Shown: in pieces, positions 1 to 11,786 of the stretch
How the letters are laid out: every line of letters starts with the position of its first letter
Numbering within the stretch: position 1 is the stretch's first letter
NCBI RefSeq assembly: GCF_006345805.1
Contig: NC_042997.1
Coordinates: forward strand, 139,314,001-139,378,000
Source of the DNA: Octopus sinensis
Lineage: Eukaryota
DNA: 64,000 nucleotides
Direction of reading: 5' to 3'
Position numbers and translations under genes: made by a program
Notes under the pieces: generated by a model
The model's input: only the letters and a program-made list of their open reading frames with translations
Database searches by the model: none
What the model was told of the DNA's origin: nothing

Positions 1-249
1 CTCCCACTCTCTTTTAAGGAATGAATTCTTTGGTACTGATGTACTGATGAAAATATTTCAGTCAGTATTACTACGAACAAAAATGAAATTGCTAAGTCTA
101 AGAAACATATAAGCAGTGGAAATTTTTCTCAAGCATAACAATGTCTCACAATGCATTTGAAGTGCCAGTTCTTGGAATAGTGATGAGGATATGAAATTAG
201 ACAAGAGATGGACTTTCCCTCGATGACGTTAAAATTATTTCTACTTATT

Positions 250-700
250 ACAGGCACCAGGCCCGAAATTTTGGGAGAGAGGGATAGGCGATTACATCAA
301 ACCGAATACTTAATTGGTGTTTATTTTATCGACCTGGAAAGGATGAAAGACAAATTCGACCTCAGCGGGATTTGAATTCAAAACCTAAGCCGGGAGATAT
401 ACCTATTTCTTTACTACCCACAAGGGGCCAAACACAGAGAGGACAAACAAGGACAGACAAACTGATTAAGTCGATTATATCGACCCCAGTGCGTAACTGG
501 TACTTATTTAATCGACCCCGAAAGGATGAAAGGCAAAGTCGACCTCGGCGGAATTTGAACTCAGAATGTAACGACAGACGAAATACGGCTAGGCATTTCG
601 CTTGGCGTGCTAAAGTTTCTGCCAGCTCGCCGCCTAAGCCGGAAGAAATACCGCTAAGCATTTTGTCTGATGTGCTCACGATTTTGTCAGCACTTCGCTT
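250..700 (-). mobile_element. Older tRNA-derived SINE (family A), split by a younger SINE inserted at 404-635
   Basis: Body (ATCGACC..GAAAGGATGAAAG..CAAA.TCGACCTC.GCGG.ATTTGAA) at ~325-380; its head (GAAATACCGCTAAGCATTTTG..GTGCT.ACGATT) resumes at ~645-700. Confidence 0.7.
404..635 (-). mobile_element. tRNA-derived SINE family A (head AGGCGGCGAGCTGGCAGAA), full length, 17-bp TSD
   Basis: Minus strand has an A-box-like head and B-box GTTCAAATTCC. Flanked by AAGCCGGGAGATATACC (387-403) and AAGCCGGAAGAAATACC (636-652). Confidence 0.85.
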
Positions 701-1789
701 CATTACTCACACCTGAAATAAACTTCGGGAGATGTTTAACATCAGTCCAAACAGTTTCTGATAGCGATCGCATAACACTCTGAAACAAGATACATCAACC
801 AAGCATTCAAAATAAGGAAAACAATATCGTGTAAGCCATAAGGGAAGTTTTCGTGTTAAAAGCTTGCAAATATCATTCGTGACCTAAGACCTAACTCCCT
901 AGAGGATAAATAAACAACTAAATAGCTAAAAGCTATGTGTGGGTATGCACCCACCATCAGCTTGAGTATGGTGTCAACATCAATGTCATCATCGACAGGA
1001 AGTGTAACCACTCTGGTTTAGATGACTTTTACAATTTGTCACATTTCAAAGGTTATATTTTAGTAATCCCGAAAACGAGAGACAGCTGTACAATAGCTCA
1101 CGAACCACAGAGATAATGTGAAGCCAGCCATAGGATCCCATGATGCAACTGACAGTAGCGTCAGTGTGTCGCATTTCAGTATATGACATTTAACATAATC
1201 CGTAGCTTAAGGAGAATGTCAATGAATTAGGTTCTTAGTGGCGGCATGGTGTTGTGAAACCAAGATATACGATATTGCCTGTAGGAAACACTGCGCTGTG
1301 GTGACTATAAAAATACCACTGGCTAAGAATATATCCGCATACCTTCAGTACAAATAACGTTAATGTCAGCCTCTATGGATTCGCTGGACCTGCCAGAAAT
1401 AGCAGCTAAATCTTATTTAAGTGACAACTTTCCATCTTCAGAAGTGAGTGATATATTGGATAGAATAGCTCTCGATACCGAATATACTAGAAATAAACTA
1501 GAAATAGACGAAATGGTCATGAACGAAACGCCATTCGGTCTTAGCTTTGCTTTGTCAGAGGCTAACAACTACAACCCCCCCCCCCAAAAAAAAAAACAAT
1601 ATTTTCATTGGAAAAGTTGCAAGAAAAAAAGGGAAACAGTATGGAAAGTCTTTCATAAACTTCAACTTTTATACACAGAGTATAGATATACCTACAAAAT
1701 TACAAAAACTGATCAAAAGAGGAGTAACTCGAGCCAGCCACTTTAGATAATTCATGTAGGTGGTGTTGTATTAGATTACATACGTAACT

Positions 1790-2530
1790 AAATTCTCTGG
1801 AAATTGAAATTTGTCTTTAGCGGGAAAATGCATTTAAAAGTCTAACGGTAGTTGCCAACAATTCTCAGAGACAAAGATAGAGAATTTTCATCTTCAGAGG
1901 AAAAAATTTTATTTTTGTGTGTTAACAAGTTCATAGTTTTATGCATGTTTCCTACCTCATCAGTTACCTTATCTGTAAAACATTGATGCTTCCAAATGAC
2001 AACAATACTTTTCCACATTAACTGTTTCATTTTCATTGAACACTTCGTGGTGGATGACACTGCCTCATGTCCCACCTAGATCATGACATTTTTTCAAGCG
2101 TTGTTCTGGTTTCAGTGCTAATTGTTGTCACTTGTGATGATTATACTCAGGAACGGATCGGTAGCAAGTCTACTCTTCAATGACGAACAGAGAGCAACTC
2201 TTTAAGCTGACAAGCAGTTTAATGATAAGGTATCCACTAGGTTTAGACACATTTCCCAATCCATGAAGATGATCGAAATATGACTTGATTTGAACTGTTT
2301 TGTTAATTCTCGTGCCATTTGCTTTGGATTTCGTCAACTACCTCTTTTCAGAAGACAAATATTGGCAGAACTTGGTCAAACAGATCGAGGAGAAGTTTCG
2401 AGGGGGAAATTTTCTGACTGAAACTGGCAAAATCACTGCTGGAATGTCGAACAGTTAAAGCTCTATTTCATTAGACAGAACGAATATTTTTTGCCATTTC
2501 CATTGCTGAAGAACCTCTTTTGAATATACG
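1790..2530 (-). pseudogene. Degraded mariner transposase relic
   Basis: Minus-strand translation fragments RVALCSSLKSRLATDPFLSIIITSD (cf. mariner CSSLLxRxxxDPFLxRIxTxDEKW) and VIHHEVFNENETVNVEKYC. Many stops and frameshifts; ends approximate. Confidence 0.7.
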
Positions 2531-3319
2531 CAATATCGATACAGGTCTAATCTAAACTTGTTCTAAAAGGTTAAAATTTGATGCTATGGTATAAAGTAAT
2601 CTACAAAGGAAAAAAAAACAGAATGTAAAAACTAATGCTTATTTTGTTGTAACTATTGAGAAAGGAAACTCAAAGTGATTGTGTCAAAAATGCGACAGAA
2701 CTTTCTTTCCAGTCTAATACATTGTATACGGTCTGAGATTTCAACATATATATTGTAAAAGAATTATATTGTGAGTGCTTGTTTTTCTTATTTCTTTTAA
2801 ACATATTTAATAGTATTTCTACTATTACCATCAATATGTTTTACCTATTACTTTTATTGATGCATCTTCACTTAACCAAGTGAGATCAATTACATTGAGA
2901 GAATGGGAAGAAAGTAAGAAAATTTACTACTACTAATTCAAATCATGACGTCTTCAATTGACCTAGGCAAAATCATTAAGACGTTTCCTGCTCTGAAATA
3001 GTAAACAAGATGTTGATTACTAAAGCACATCATTGCAGTCCAGTCAGCATAGAAATTTCAACTCACGGAAATTGTCCCGTGAGGGAGAATGCTATGGTTA
3101 AGAAACATATTTAATAGTTGTGTAATATTTTGAGGACGTAAAAGATTACGTTATGACTCAATTTTATTTTTTATTTTCTTTTGAATTCTGAGAAGGACAT
3201 TTTTATACTGAAATATCAGATAAAATGTTCTGAAATTTGTTAAAGCAATTATACAACTTGGCTTTCTTATTTCATTTACACATACACACTCGAGCACAAA
3301 CGCACAAAAACACAATAAA

Positions 3320-3408
3320 TGTATGCGTGAGTGTGTGTGTCTGTTTGTGTGTGTTTGTGTGTGTGTGTATGTGTGTGAGTGTGTATGAGTGTGTAAGTGT
3401 GTGTGTGA

Positions 3409-3493
<85 letters not shown>

Positions 3494-3510
3494 TGTGTGT
3501 GTTGCTGTGC
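3320..3510. repeat. (TG)n microsatellite
   Basis: Direct inspection. Confidence 0.95.
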
Positions 3511-4159
3511 TTGTGTTTATACCGTTGTAGACTGGTATCCCTTTATGTTATGTATCTTAGTGGTTTACTATATAGAAATCATTTTAAATACCAAACAATA
3601 TATATTGGCATCATTATGAGCAAATAAAACTCTTGGGGGCCAATGCCTCAGCGGGATCAAAGTCCAATAATAGAAACAAATAAATGAGCACAAGAATAAC
3701 ATGTATCGTTTGCTATTTTTTAATATGTACTATGCTTGTATTTATATCAATTATATCAATTATGATTAAAGTAGTTTGGCTTATGTTATGGATATTGTAA
3801 ATTTGTCTTTTAGTATTTCTATACACTCTACAGCAAGGCCGCACAAAAATAATAAATTTTAAAATTTTATTTCAATTTGATTGACTATCGCAGTCTACAG
3901 GGTATTTATATGTATTATATATGTAATATATATATGTATTATGTAATAATTAAATTATATATCATGCACTTTATCATGTTCTGTTATAACCGCGATACGC
4001 CGGTTCGTGGAAAAGTTGTCATGCATGAAAGCTGTCTGTGGTACAAAAATGTTTGGAGACCGTTGATCTGCAGTACCATGCTACAGTGCACACGTATCGA
4101 ATCCTTACTATTTCATATCTAAAGATATGAGTCATTTTGTCAATTATTTGATGCAGATT

Positions 4160-4375
4160 ATTGGTTTCAAATATTAACACAAGGCCAGCAATTTCGGTGT
4201 GGTGAGTGTGTTGATTACATCGACACCAGTGCCGAATTGGTACTTATTTTATCAACCCTGAAAGGATTAAAGGCAAAGTCAACCTCGGCGAAATTTGAAA
4301 CCAGAACATAAAGACAGACGAAATGCTGTTAAGCATTTTGTCCAGAGTGTTAACAATTCTGCCAGCTCGCCTCCC
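4160..4375 (-). mobile_element. SINE family A copy
   Basis: Same GGCAAAGTC.ACCTCGGCG.AATTTGAA and TTCTGCCAGCTCGCC motifs as 404-635. Confidence 0.8.
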
Positions 4376-4400
4376 TATTTGATGTAAAATATTGAAGCTG

Positions 4401-4725
4401 GTACTTGTACTTGTGACGGCGTTCACCCAGGGCGGATTGAGCCGGCTTCTTCTCTGGTCCTAACTGCATCACGAACCCTGGCGGCCCATGCTCGACGGTC
4501 CCGTGCGAGGTCACTAGAGATAGCGAGCCATTCGCGGTTCCATCTGCGCAGACCGACCAACTGCGGATCTGATAGTTCGGAGAGGTCCTCCTTTATCGTC
4601 GTTGCCCAGGTCTTCAGCTGCCCACCTGTGTGTTTGCGCCAGCTGGGAAGTGGAGGTGGGAGGAGGACATCGCGAATCAGCTCACCCTCTGGACGCCGGG
4701 CCGCGTGACCGAACCACCTTACGCA
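4401..4725 (-). mobile_element. 5'-truncated RTE-type non-LTR retrotransposon 3' end (ORF2 C-terminus + CAAGTA tail)
   Basis: ORF 4423-4734 reads RWFGHAARRP...RKHTGGQLKTW...DRRAW, the typical RTE ORF2 C-terminal pattern. The stop is followed by a short (CAAGTA)2 tail on the minus strand. Confidence 0.8.
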
Positions 4726-5194
4726 ACAATACAAAAAACAAAGACCAATATATATTTAGAAAAAAAGCTCTGACTTTCTGAATCTTGCCTAAAACTAAAA
4801 CTAAAAAATAGAGGAGTTGAATTATGCCCAAGGATGAGATATTAAGCATTTTCTTGGTTTTTACACCGATTTGTGAACTGCAGCAAGATGCATATTAATC
4901 ATATCCTCAGCCCTCCAACGACGATATATGTAAGTGTTTGATGAAGATCAGGGAATTAGGTTGATGAAACTGTGGTGTAGATAAAAAACAAACCTCATAT
5001 ATTGTGTTTCTGTTTACTTTACGTCTATATTTCATCGCTTGATGTTGATCTGAAGGGCATCTGGAAATGAGAGTGTGTTCTGGAAAATCGCAGCTCGTCA
5101 AAATATAACAGAAATTAAAAAAGAAAAAAACATGTTCCCGATAAATTCAAAAATAAAATATAGAATAACTAATTCCAGTAAAGTATATAAGCAA

Positions 5195-5580
5195 GCAAGG
5201 ATGTGTGGATAAGAAGTTCTTTTTGCAAACTCGTGGTTTGAGGTTCAGTCCCACTCTAGGGTTAGTGTCTTCTACTATAACCCCCGGGCTGACCAAAGCC
5301 ATGTGAGTGAATTTGCTATCCAGAAATTGTGTGGGAGCCGGCCGTGTGTGTGTGTGGGGGGTGTACTCGAGTGTTTATATTTTTGTCTCCATGCTACTTG
5401 ACAACCAGTGTTGGTTTATTTACACTCCCCTAATTTAACGATTCAGCAATGAATTACCCATAAAATATTTACCAAACTTTAAAAAGAAAATAAGAACTGA
5501 GGTCTATTTGTTCGATTAAACCCTTAAAGTCGGTGTCCCTGCATGGCCGCTGTCCAATGACTGAAACAAGAAGAATGAGT
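5195..5580 (+). mobile_element. SINE family B (CORE-like ACCTTGGGCAAGTGTCTTCTACTATAG family) plus its associated 3' module
   Basis: GGTTCAGTCCCACT..GTGTCTTCTACTATA..GACCAAAGCC.TGTGAGTG, then TTGACAACC.GTGTTGG..GGCCGC.GTC.AATGACTGAAACAAG. Confidence 0.75.
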
Positions 5581-5744
5581 AAAACAATAAAATAGTCTTG
5601 CAAAATGGCGGTAAACCTAATGTTAGATGCAGTTGTGGAATGAAGACAAGCCCCAAAACAACTTACCCTAGAAAGCTTATTAAAACGGAATGTCATCATG
5701 CTAGTTAACTAACTGAACTCTCTTGTCCCTTTGACATAGATTCA

Positions 5745-5930
<186 letters not shown>

Positions 5931-5949
5931 TAGGGAGAGTTTACGAAAA

Positions 5950-6065
5950 AAACAAAAGACGAAGACAGGTGGTGTACAAAACAAACAGATGTATTAGTAT
6001 AACGCTCAGGAATAGAAAAAGTCTTTTACGTTTTGAGCCTACGCTCTTCTACAGAAAGGGACACA
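5950..6065 (-). repeat. Dispersed repeat with a hammerhead-like motif (possible Penelope pLTR relic); homologous to 8605-8720 (+)
   Basis: Minus strand CTGTAGAAGAGCGTAGGCTCAAAACGTAAAAGACTTTT..CCTGAGCGTT matches plus strand 8612 CTGTTGAAGGGCGTCGGCTCGAAACGTAAAAGACTTTT..CCGGAGCGTT. Confidence 0.5.
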
Positions 6066-6189
6066 GAAAAAACAAGGAGAGAAACAAGGAGAGAATAAAA
6101 CGTGTGTAGTGGCTAACGATCTATCATGGCGATCTATATATCTATATATAGATATATATAGATAGATATAGATATATGCAAATTCAGGA

Positions 6190-6316
6190 GTGGAACGGGT
6201 AAAATGTAGGCTACATATGTTTCTTAGCTAGCTGATCCGCTGATGTAATAGTTACTTAACTATTAAAGGATCAGCTAGCTGAGAAACATATGTAGCCTGC
6301 ATTTTACCTGTTCCAC
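6190..6316. repeat. Inverted repeat, 49-bp arms with 3 mismatches, inner 9-bp stem
   Basis: 6190-6238 is the reverse complement of 6268-6316. Inner TAATAGTTA-CT-TAACTATTA at 6246-6265. Confidence 0.9.
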
Positions 6317-6566
6317 ACTCTCAATCTTGATTTTTATTCATATTTATAGCAACCCTAATTGCTAGCCGTGAGCTATAAAGAAACTATCAGCTTATCGATG
6401 CCAATAAATTGTTATTGTTCTTTCTCGTACGCTGTCCCCAGTTTTTGATCTCTATACCTACCACGGACTGCTTGAAGCTTACAAACTTCCTACGCTTAGA
6501 TCCCTAGATCTTACCCTTGTATATTGCAATAGATATTTGTGTGTGTGTATGTGTGATGTGTGTGTG

Positions 6567-6663
<97 letters not shown>

Positions 6664-6730
6664 TAACTAAATTCATTTAAACACCTACATACGTGTCTAC
6701 CAAGCCATATATATATATATATATATATAT

Positions 6731-7060
6731 GAGACCCCCTTCGGTCACGACACATACCATGGGATTGCACCTAGAAAGTTACCCTCCCAGGCACAATTCC
6801 GGGCAAGGTTGTTTGTGGAAGACTAGCAGTCGCTCATGCATACCAGCTCCCCTCTCCACGCCACCAGTGTTATCCAAGGGAAAGGCAAGGGCCGATACAG
6901 CTTGGCACCTGTGACGTCGCAACTCATTCCTACAGCTGAGTGAACTGGAGCAATAAAGTGCCTTGCTCAAGAACACAACACACAGCCCGGTCCGGGATTC
7001 GAGCTCACAACCCCACGATCGTAAGCTCGACGCTCTAACCACTGAGCCATGCGCCTTCAC
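6731..7060 (-). mobile_element. tRNA-derived SINE family C (head GAAGGCGCATGGCTCAGTGGTTAGAGCG, tail GACCGAAGGGGGTCTC)
   Basis: A-box TGGCTCAGTGG and B-box-like GCTCGAATCCC on the minus strand; second copy at 57401-57725. Confidence 0.85.
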
Positions 7061-7063
7061 TCC

Positions 7064-7170
<107 letters not shown>

Positions 7171-7562
7171 TAGATATAGATATATGAATACACACATACA
7201 TACATCACAACACTACAGTATGTAACTTACGTTCAATGTGTTTTCTTGTATATCAGTCTGCCTAGCCTATCCGTATATCTTTCTACCTAACCGTAAAGTT
7301 ACTACACAACTATTTGTAATAAAGAAATATCATGGTTAGACTAAAACGATTTTCAGAAAATATATGGATTACATCAGAAAATATTGTAACAATATAGGCA
7401 ATCAATTAATTTGCTTGGCGAAGTCTTCTTCAGCAGGAACACCTTAAATTAAATATATATACATGAGGCAATCCAGTATATGCCCCGTACTTATACATTC
7501 TAATTTTTCAAATCTAATGGAAATTTCTAATATTTCTGATTACTGATTACCCTTTGATATTA

Positions 7563-7623
<61 letters not shown>

Positions 7624-8604
7624 CATAATTTAGTATTATCTGAGTAATAACCACATAACGTACTTTGCAAAGCTCCTGTGTCGTTATTGGCTACCACATA
7701 CTACTCTACACCAGGATATTTTCCAAGGTTGGATAAACATATGAAACTTCGCTATTGTATGGGATTAAGATAATAATAACATAACATGGAAATGAAAAAT
7801 AGTACTTTTTAATAGCAAATCACGAGATTTATTTCTGCACCGAACATCAATTCATGTTGCTGAGCTCATATTTATGTATCTTTATATAAGAGTATTCTTT
7901 AGAATTACTATCTATTTAAATATTTTTCAGCAACAGTTACCTGTAGGGATTTCCTCATATTACAAAAGTAATATGATACAAATACAAAAGTAATGTGATA
8001 TTACTTTTGTATTTTTTTTATGTCACTACAATAATATGTATCGCCCGGAATATAATGAAATGATTGCTGGAGAGTAATAAACATAGTATATGAGGAAACT
8101 CAAAGAAATTCGAGAGTGCTTGGTCGCATTTCTTCTGAGAAAGCACATACAAACTGCTGTTGCTGAAGCATACTTAATTAGATAGTAATTTTAAAGAATA
8201 TTCTTATATAATGATATATAAATGTAAACTCAGCAACTTAAAAGCTGGTGTCCGGTGCAGAAACAAATGTAGCGATTTCCTATCAAAGCCTGCTATTTTC
8301 CATTTTCGTGTTATATTATTTTATGTATACATAGAATACACCCTCATATCCCCACATCACCCCACATCTCACACCCAACTCCTGACCCCCATACACCAAA
8401 CTACACCACACCCTACACCACCACACCACACCATCCCACACCACTCCGCACACATCAGCACTGGCCACTTCCTACCACCTACACCATCAATACTTTATTA
8501 TCTACTTTATTATCATCCACTCCTGTCAAGCCTTTTCTTTCTAATTAGTTGCCATGCTTGACCGCTAAATCCACAAGTTTTATTTTATTCTCTCTCTATT
8601 TTTT

Positions 8605-8720
8605 GTTCCTTCTGTTGAAGGGCGTCGGCTCGAAACGTAAAAGACTTTTCCAATCTTCCGGAGCGTTAAACTATTGAACCTGTTTGTTGTTCATACACCT
8701 GTCCTCGTCTTCTGTTTTCT
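8605..8720 (+). repeat. Dispersed repeat with a degenerate hammerhead-like motif; homologous to 5950-6065 (-)
   Basis: CTGTTGAA GGGC GTCG GCTC GAAAC: stem II and GAAA present, CUGANGA box degenerate. Confidence 0.5.
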
Positions 8721-8743
8721 ATGAATTTGAACTATATGTATAT

Positions 8744-8801
<58 letters not shown>

Positions 8802-8876
8802 TATATGTATATATATACACACATACATATATATATAGAGAGAGAGAGATACATACATATTCTTTTCTTTTTTTCC

Positions 8877-9144
8877 GACCAGGCTGGTCACAATGCACTT
8901 CGCATTGTTTTAGCCTTCAAATGACGCCACTCCGGTGGCTAAGCGAGCAGGCCAACAGAAGAAAGAGTGAGAGAAAATTGCGGCGAAAGAGTACAGCAGG
9001 GATCGCCACCATCCCCTGCCGGAGCATCGTGGAGCTTTAGATGTTTTCGCTCAATAAACACTCACAATGCCCGGCCTGGGAATCGAAACCGAGATCCTAC
9101 GACAGCGAGTCCGCTGCCCTAACCACTGGGCCATTGCACCTCCA
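8877..9144 (-). mobile_element. tRNA-derived SINE family D (head TGGAGG.GCAATGGCC.AGTGGTTAGGGCAGC)
   Basis: A-box, B-box GGTTTCGATTCCC; matches the plus-strand copy at 24984-25265. Confidence 0.85.
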
Positions 9145-9159
9145 CACATACATGCATAT

Positions 9160-9169
9160 ATATATATAT

Positions 9170-9265
<96 letters not shown>

Positions 9266-9272
9266 GGCAGAC

Positions 9273-9326
<54 letters not shown>

Positions 9327-9510
9327 GTAGGTAGGTAGGTAGGTAGGTAGGTAGGTAGGTAGATAGGTAGATATAAACTTGTGTGTTCAGTTATTTGTAC
9401 AACTACTCTAGTCGTACATATACATAAATACATACATACGTACGTACATACATACATACATACATACATACATACATACATACATACATACATACATACA
9501 TACATACATA
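9160..9510. repeat. Compound microsatellite (TA)-(AG)-(AGAC)-(AGAT)-(AGGT)...(TACA)
   Basis: Direct inspection. Confidence 0.95.
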
Positions 9511-10199
9511 CCTGCGTATATACAAACATCACAACGCTACACCACGTTGTTTGTTATGTTCAATGTGTCTTCCAGTGTATCATCATTTGTATGCCATGTA
9601 CACGGAAAGCGCTACTGAGTAAACTCGAATTTCACTTCCTTTCAGCAGGACCCTGGCCTCCACGCCATCTGCAAAATTTCTCTTGTAATCAGACAGTAAA
9701 ATCTTTGAAAATTTACATCCCATTCCCTCTTACTGTTCTTCATGCAAATGAGTCCAAACTTATGTTCCTTTTCGCTTTACTACTCTTTATACACAACGTT
9801 GACGTTTTCTTAGCTCTATCATTAAAACAGTTCTTGATCAAAGAGTAAATTACATTATATTTGCTTAATATGTAGCAGACTACAATACTTTTACTTTGAA
9901 AGCATTTGAATATTTCTGCATTTCAATTTTATTGATGTTGATGCATCATCATGAATTGCAGGTAATACATATTTACAATGCTGTCTCAAGTTTCATTGCA
10001 TTATCGTCCAGAGTTAGCATTTTGCCACGCTAGTCAATAACACCCACGTTTCTTCAGGCGTCCACACTTTACAATATTAACCTTTCAAGAAGTAAAAAGC
10101 AATGGACAATAATCCAGAACGGTATTAAGTCATCATTAACGTCAACAGACAGCAGACATCTTAGTTAAATAAATAGATAAATAAATGAATAAATAAACA

Positions 10200-10360
10200 A
10201 CGTGGTTGTGTGATAAAACATTTGCGTCCTGGCCACATGGTTCAGGGTTCATTCCCACTGCATGACTCCTTCGGCAAGTGTCTTCTATAACAGTTCCGGG
10301 CCGACCAAAGACTTGAGGGTGAATTCGCTTGACGGAAAGTGAAAAAATCCTGTCATTATA
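10200..10360 (+). mobile_element. SINE family B copy
   Basis: CCACATGGTTCAGGGTTCATTCCCACTGC..GGCAAGTGTCTTCTATA..GGGCCGACCAAAG. Confidence 0.8.
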
Positions 10361-10372
10361 TGTATATATATA

Positions 10373-11349
10373 TGGCTTTTTCCGTTTCTACGTCTTATTG
10401 TGATGTCCTGTACTCCCGTATAATTATTGATATATGCATGTATATATACATGTAGATGTAGGTACGTACATATATGTTTGTATGTATGCATATATTTTTA
10501 TTTATCTCCTTATTGTCTGACAGCGCCCCGCATCAGGTTCGTTCCGATTCGTCGTTTCGATCCACTTCTTGGTCCCCTTTTTTTTTTATATATTTATATT
10601 ATTATATTGAAGATGCGGTACTCTCTCCCTTTGCTTTAACCTCTTCAATCTTTCTCCCTCCCCCTCCTCCTCTCTCTTCGCCGCGTGTCCCCCTCCTCCT
10701 TCCCTCTTCCTTGCCTATAAAACAAAATTCCTTTACACGTGGTTCCCACTATTGAAAAGACTGCCTCCACGCGCTGCTACTACACTTTCGTCCTTGCCAG
10801 CAAAAGGCTTCTTCGTTCGTCCCCTTGTGTGGTTGATTTCCTGTATAGTATTCTTGTTATTTTCTCGTTTTGTAACTAATTGTACTTTTTGTACATGTAT
10901 TTTTATTTTTGCAGTTTTATTGTTGTCTATGCCAGAAAAAAGGCTTTTTCGTTCGTCCTCTTGTGTTTGTTTTTGTACATGTATTTTAATTTTGCAGTCT
11001 TATTGTTACGTCTTGTCTGTGTTCGTACTCATTGTGCCCCGCTGCTTGAAATTTTATTTTAATTCTCTCGCAGGAAGGCCTATTGGATTAGTGTTCTGTT
11101 ATGCCTTCGAAACATGCCTGACTCCTTTAGCGACAGCTGATGACGGGGGTTTTGTCCTTGTGTAGCTCGTCCTGTATTTGTTTTTCGTTTTCCGTTTTCT
11201 TGTTTTTTGTTTTTTGGCTTTTTCCGTTTCTACGTCTTATTGTGATGTCCTGTACTCCCGTATAATTATTGATATATGCATGTATATATACATGTAGATG
11301 TAGGTACGTACATATATGTTTGTATGTATGCATATATTTTTATTTATCT

Positions 11350-11352
<3 letters not shown>
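10373..11352. repeat. Identical 138-bp direct repeats (10373-10510, 11215-11352) bracketing a 704-bp unique segment
   Basis: Base-by-base comparison shows no differences; offset 842. Confidence 0.9.
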
Positions 11353-11389
<37 letters not shown>

Positions 11390-11760
11390 CATACATACAT
11401 ACATACATACATACATACATACATACATACATGTATGTGTGTGTATGTGTTTATGTATGTATGTATGTATGTATGTATGTATGTATGTATGTATGTATGT
11501 ATGTATATGTATTTGTATATGTATATCTGTATGTATACATATATTTCTATATATACATGTATGTAAGTATATTTATGTATGTGTCTGTGTGTTTGGACGC
11601 CACCACGGCTTGACAACTGGTATTAATTACTTAGTAGTTCGGTATAAACGAACCGATAGAATAACTGTCTGGCTTAAAAAGCAAAGAAACACTGGGGTCG
11701 ACTTGTTCACCTAAACCCTTCAAGTGGTGCTCCAGAAAATAGAAATAAACAAACGTATAG

Positions 11761-11786
11761 GCATAGGCATGGCTGTAGCTTGCTTC
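11761..11786 (+). mobile_element. 5' tip of a family B SINE head, interrupted by the ORF1-only elements
   Basis: GCATAGGCATGGCTGT-AGCTTGCTTC. The SINE resumes at 16174 with CCAACCACATGG. About 9 nt (GTGGTAAGA) are missing relative to other copies. Confidence 0.65.

Noticed and set aside
44-72. CTGATGA boxes at 44-50 and 33854-33860
   Set aside because: No correctly placed stem II, GAAA or NUH downstream.
1363-1746. 127-aa ATG-initiated ORF with ordinary composition
   Set aside because: No recognisable motif, runs through C/A homopolymers, and contains the dispersed AGAAATAGCAGCTAAATCT repeat. Not supportable as a gene without expression data.
7960-8014. 15-bp-stem hairpin next to a short direct repeat, terminator-like
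   Set aside because: AT-only stem in eukaryotic DNA; consistent with local slip or fold-back, with no functional evidence.
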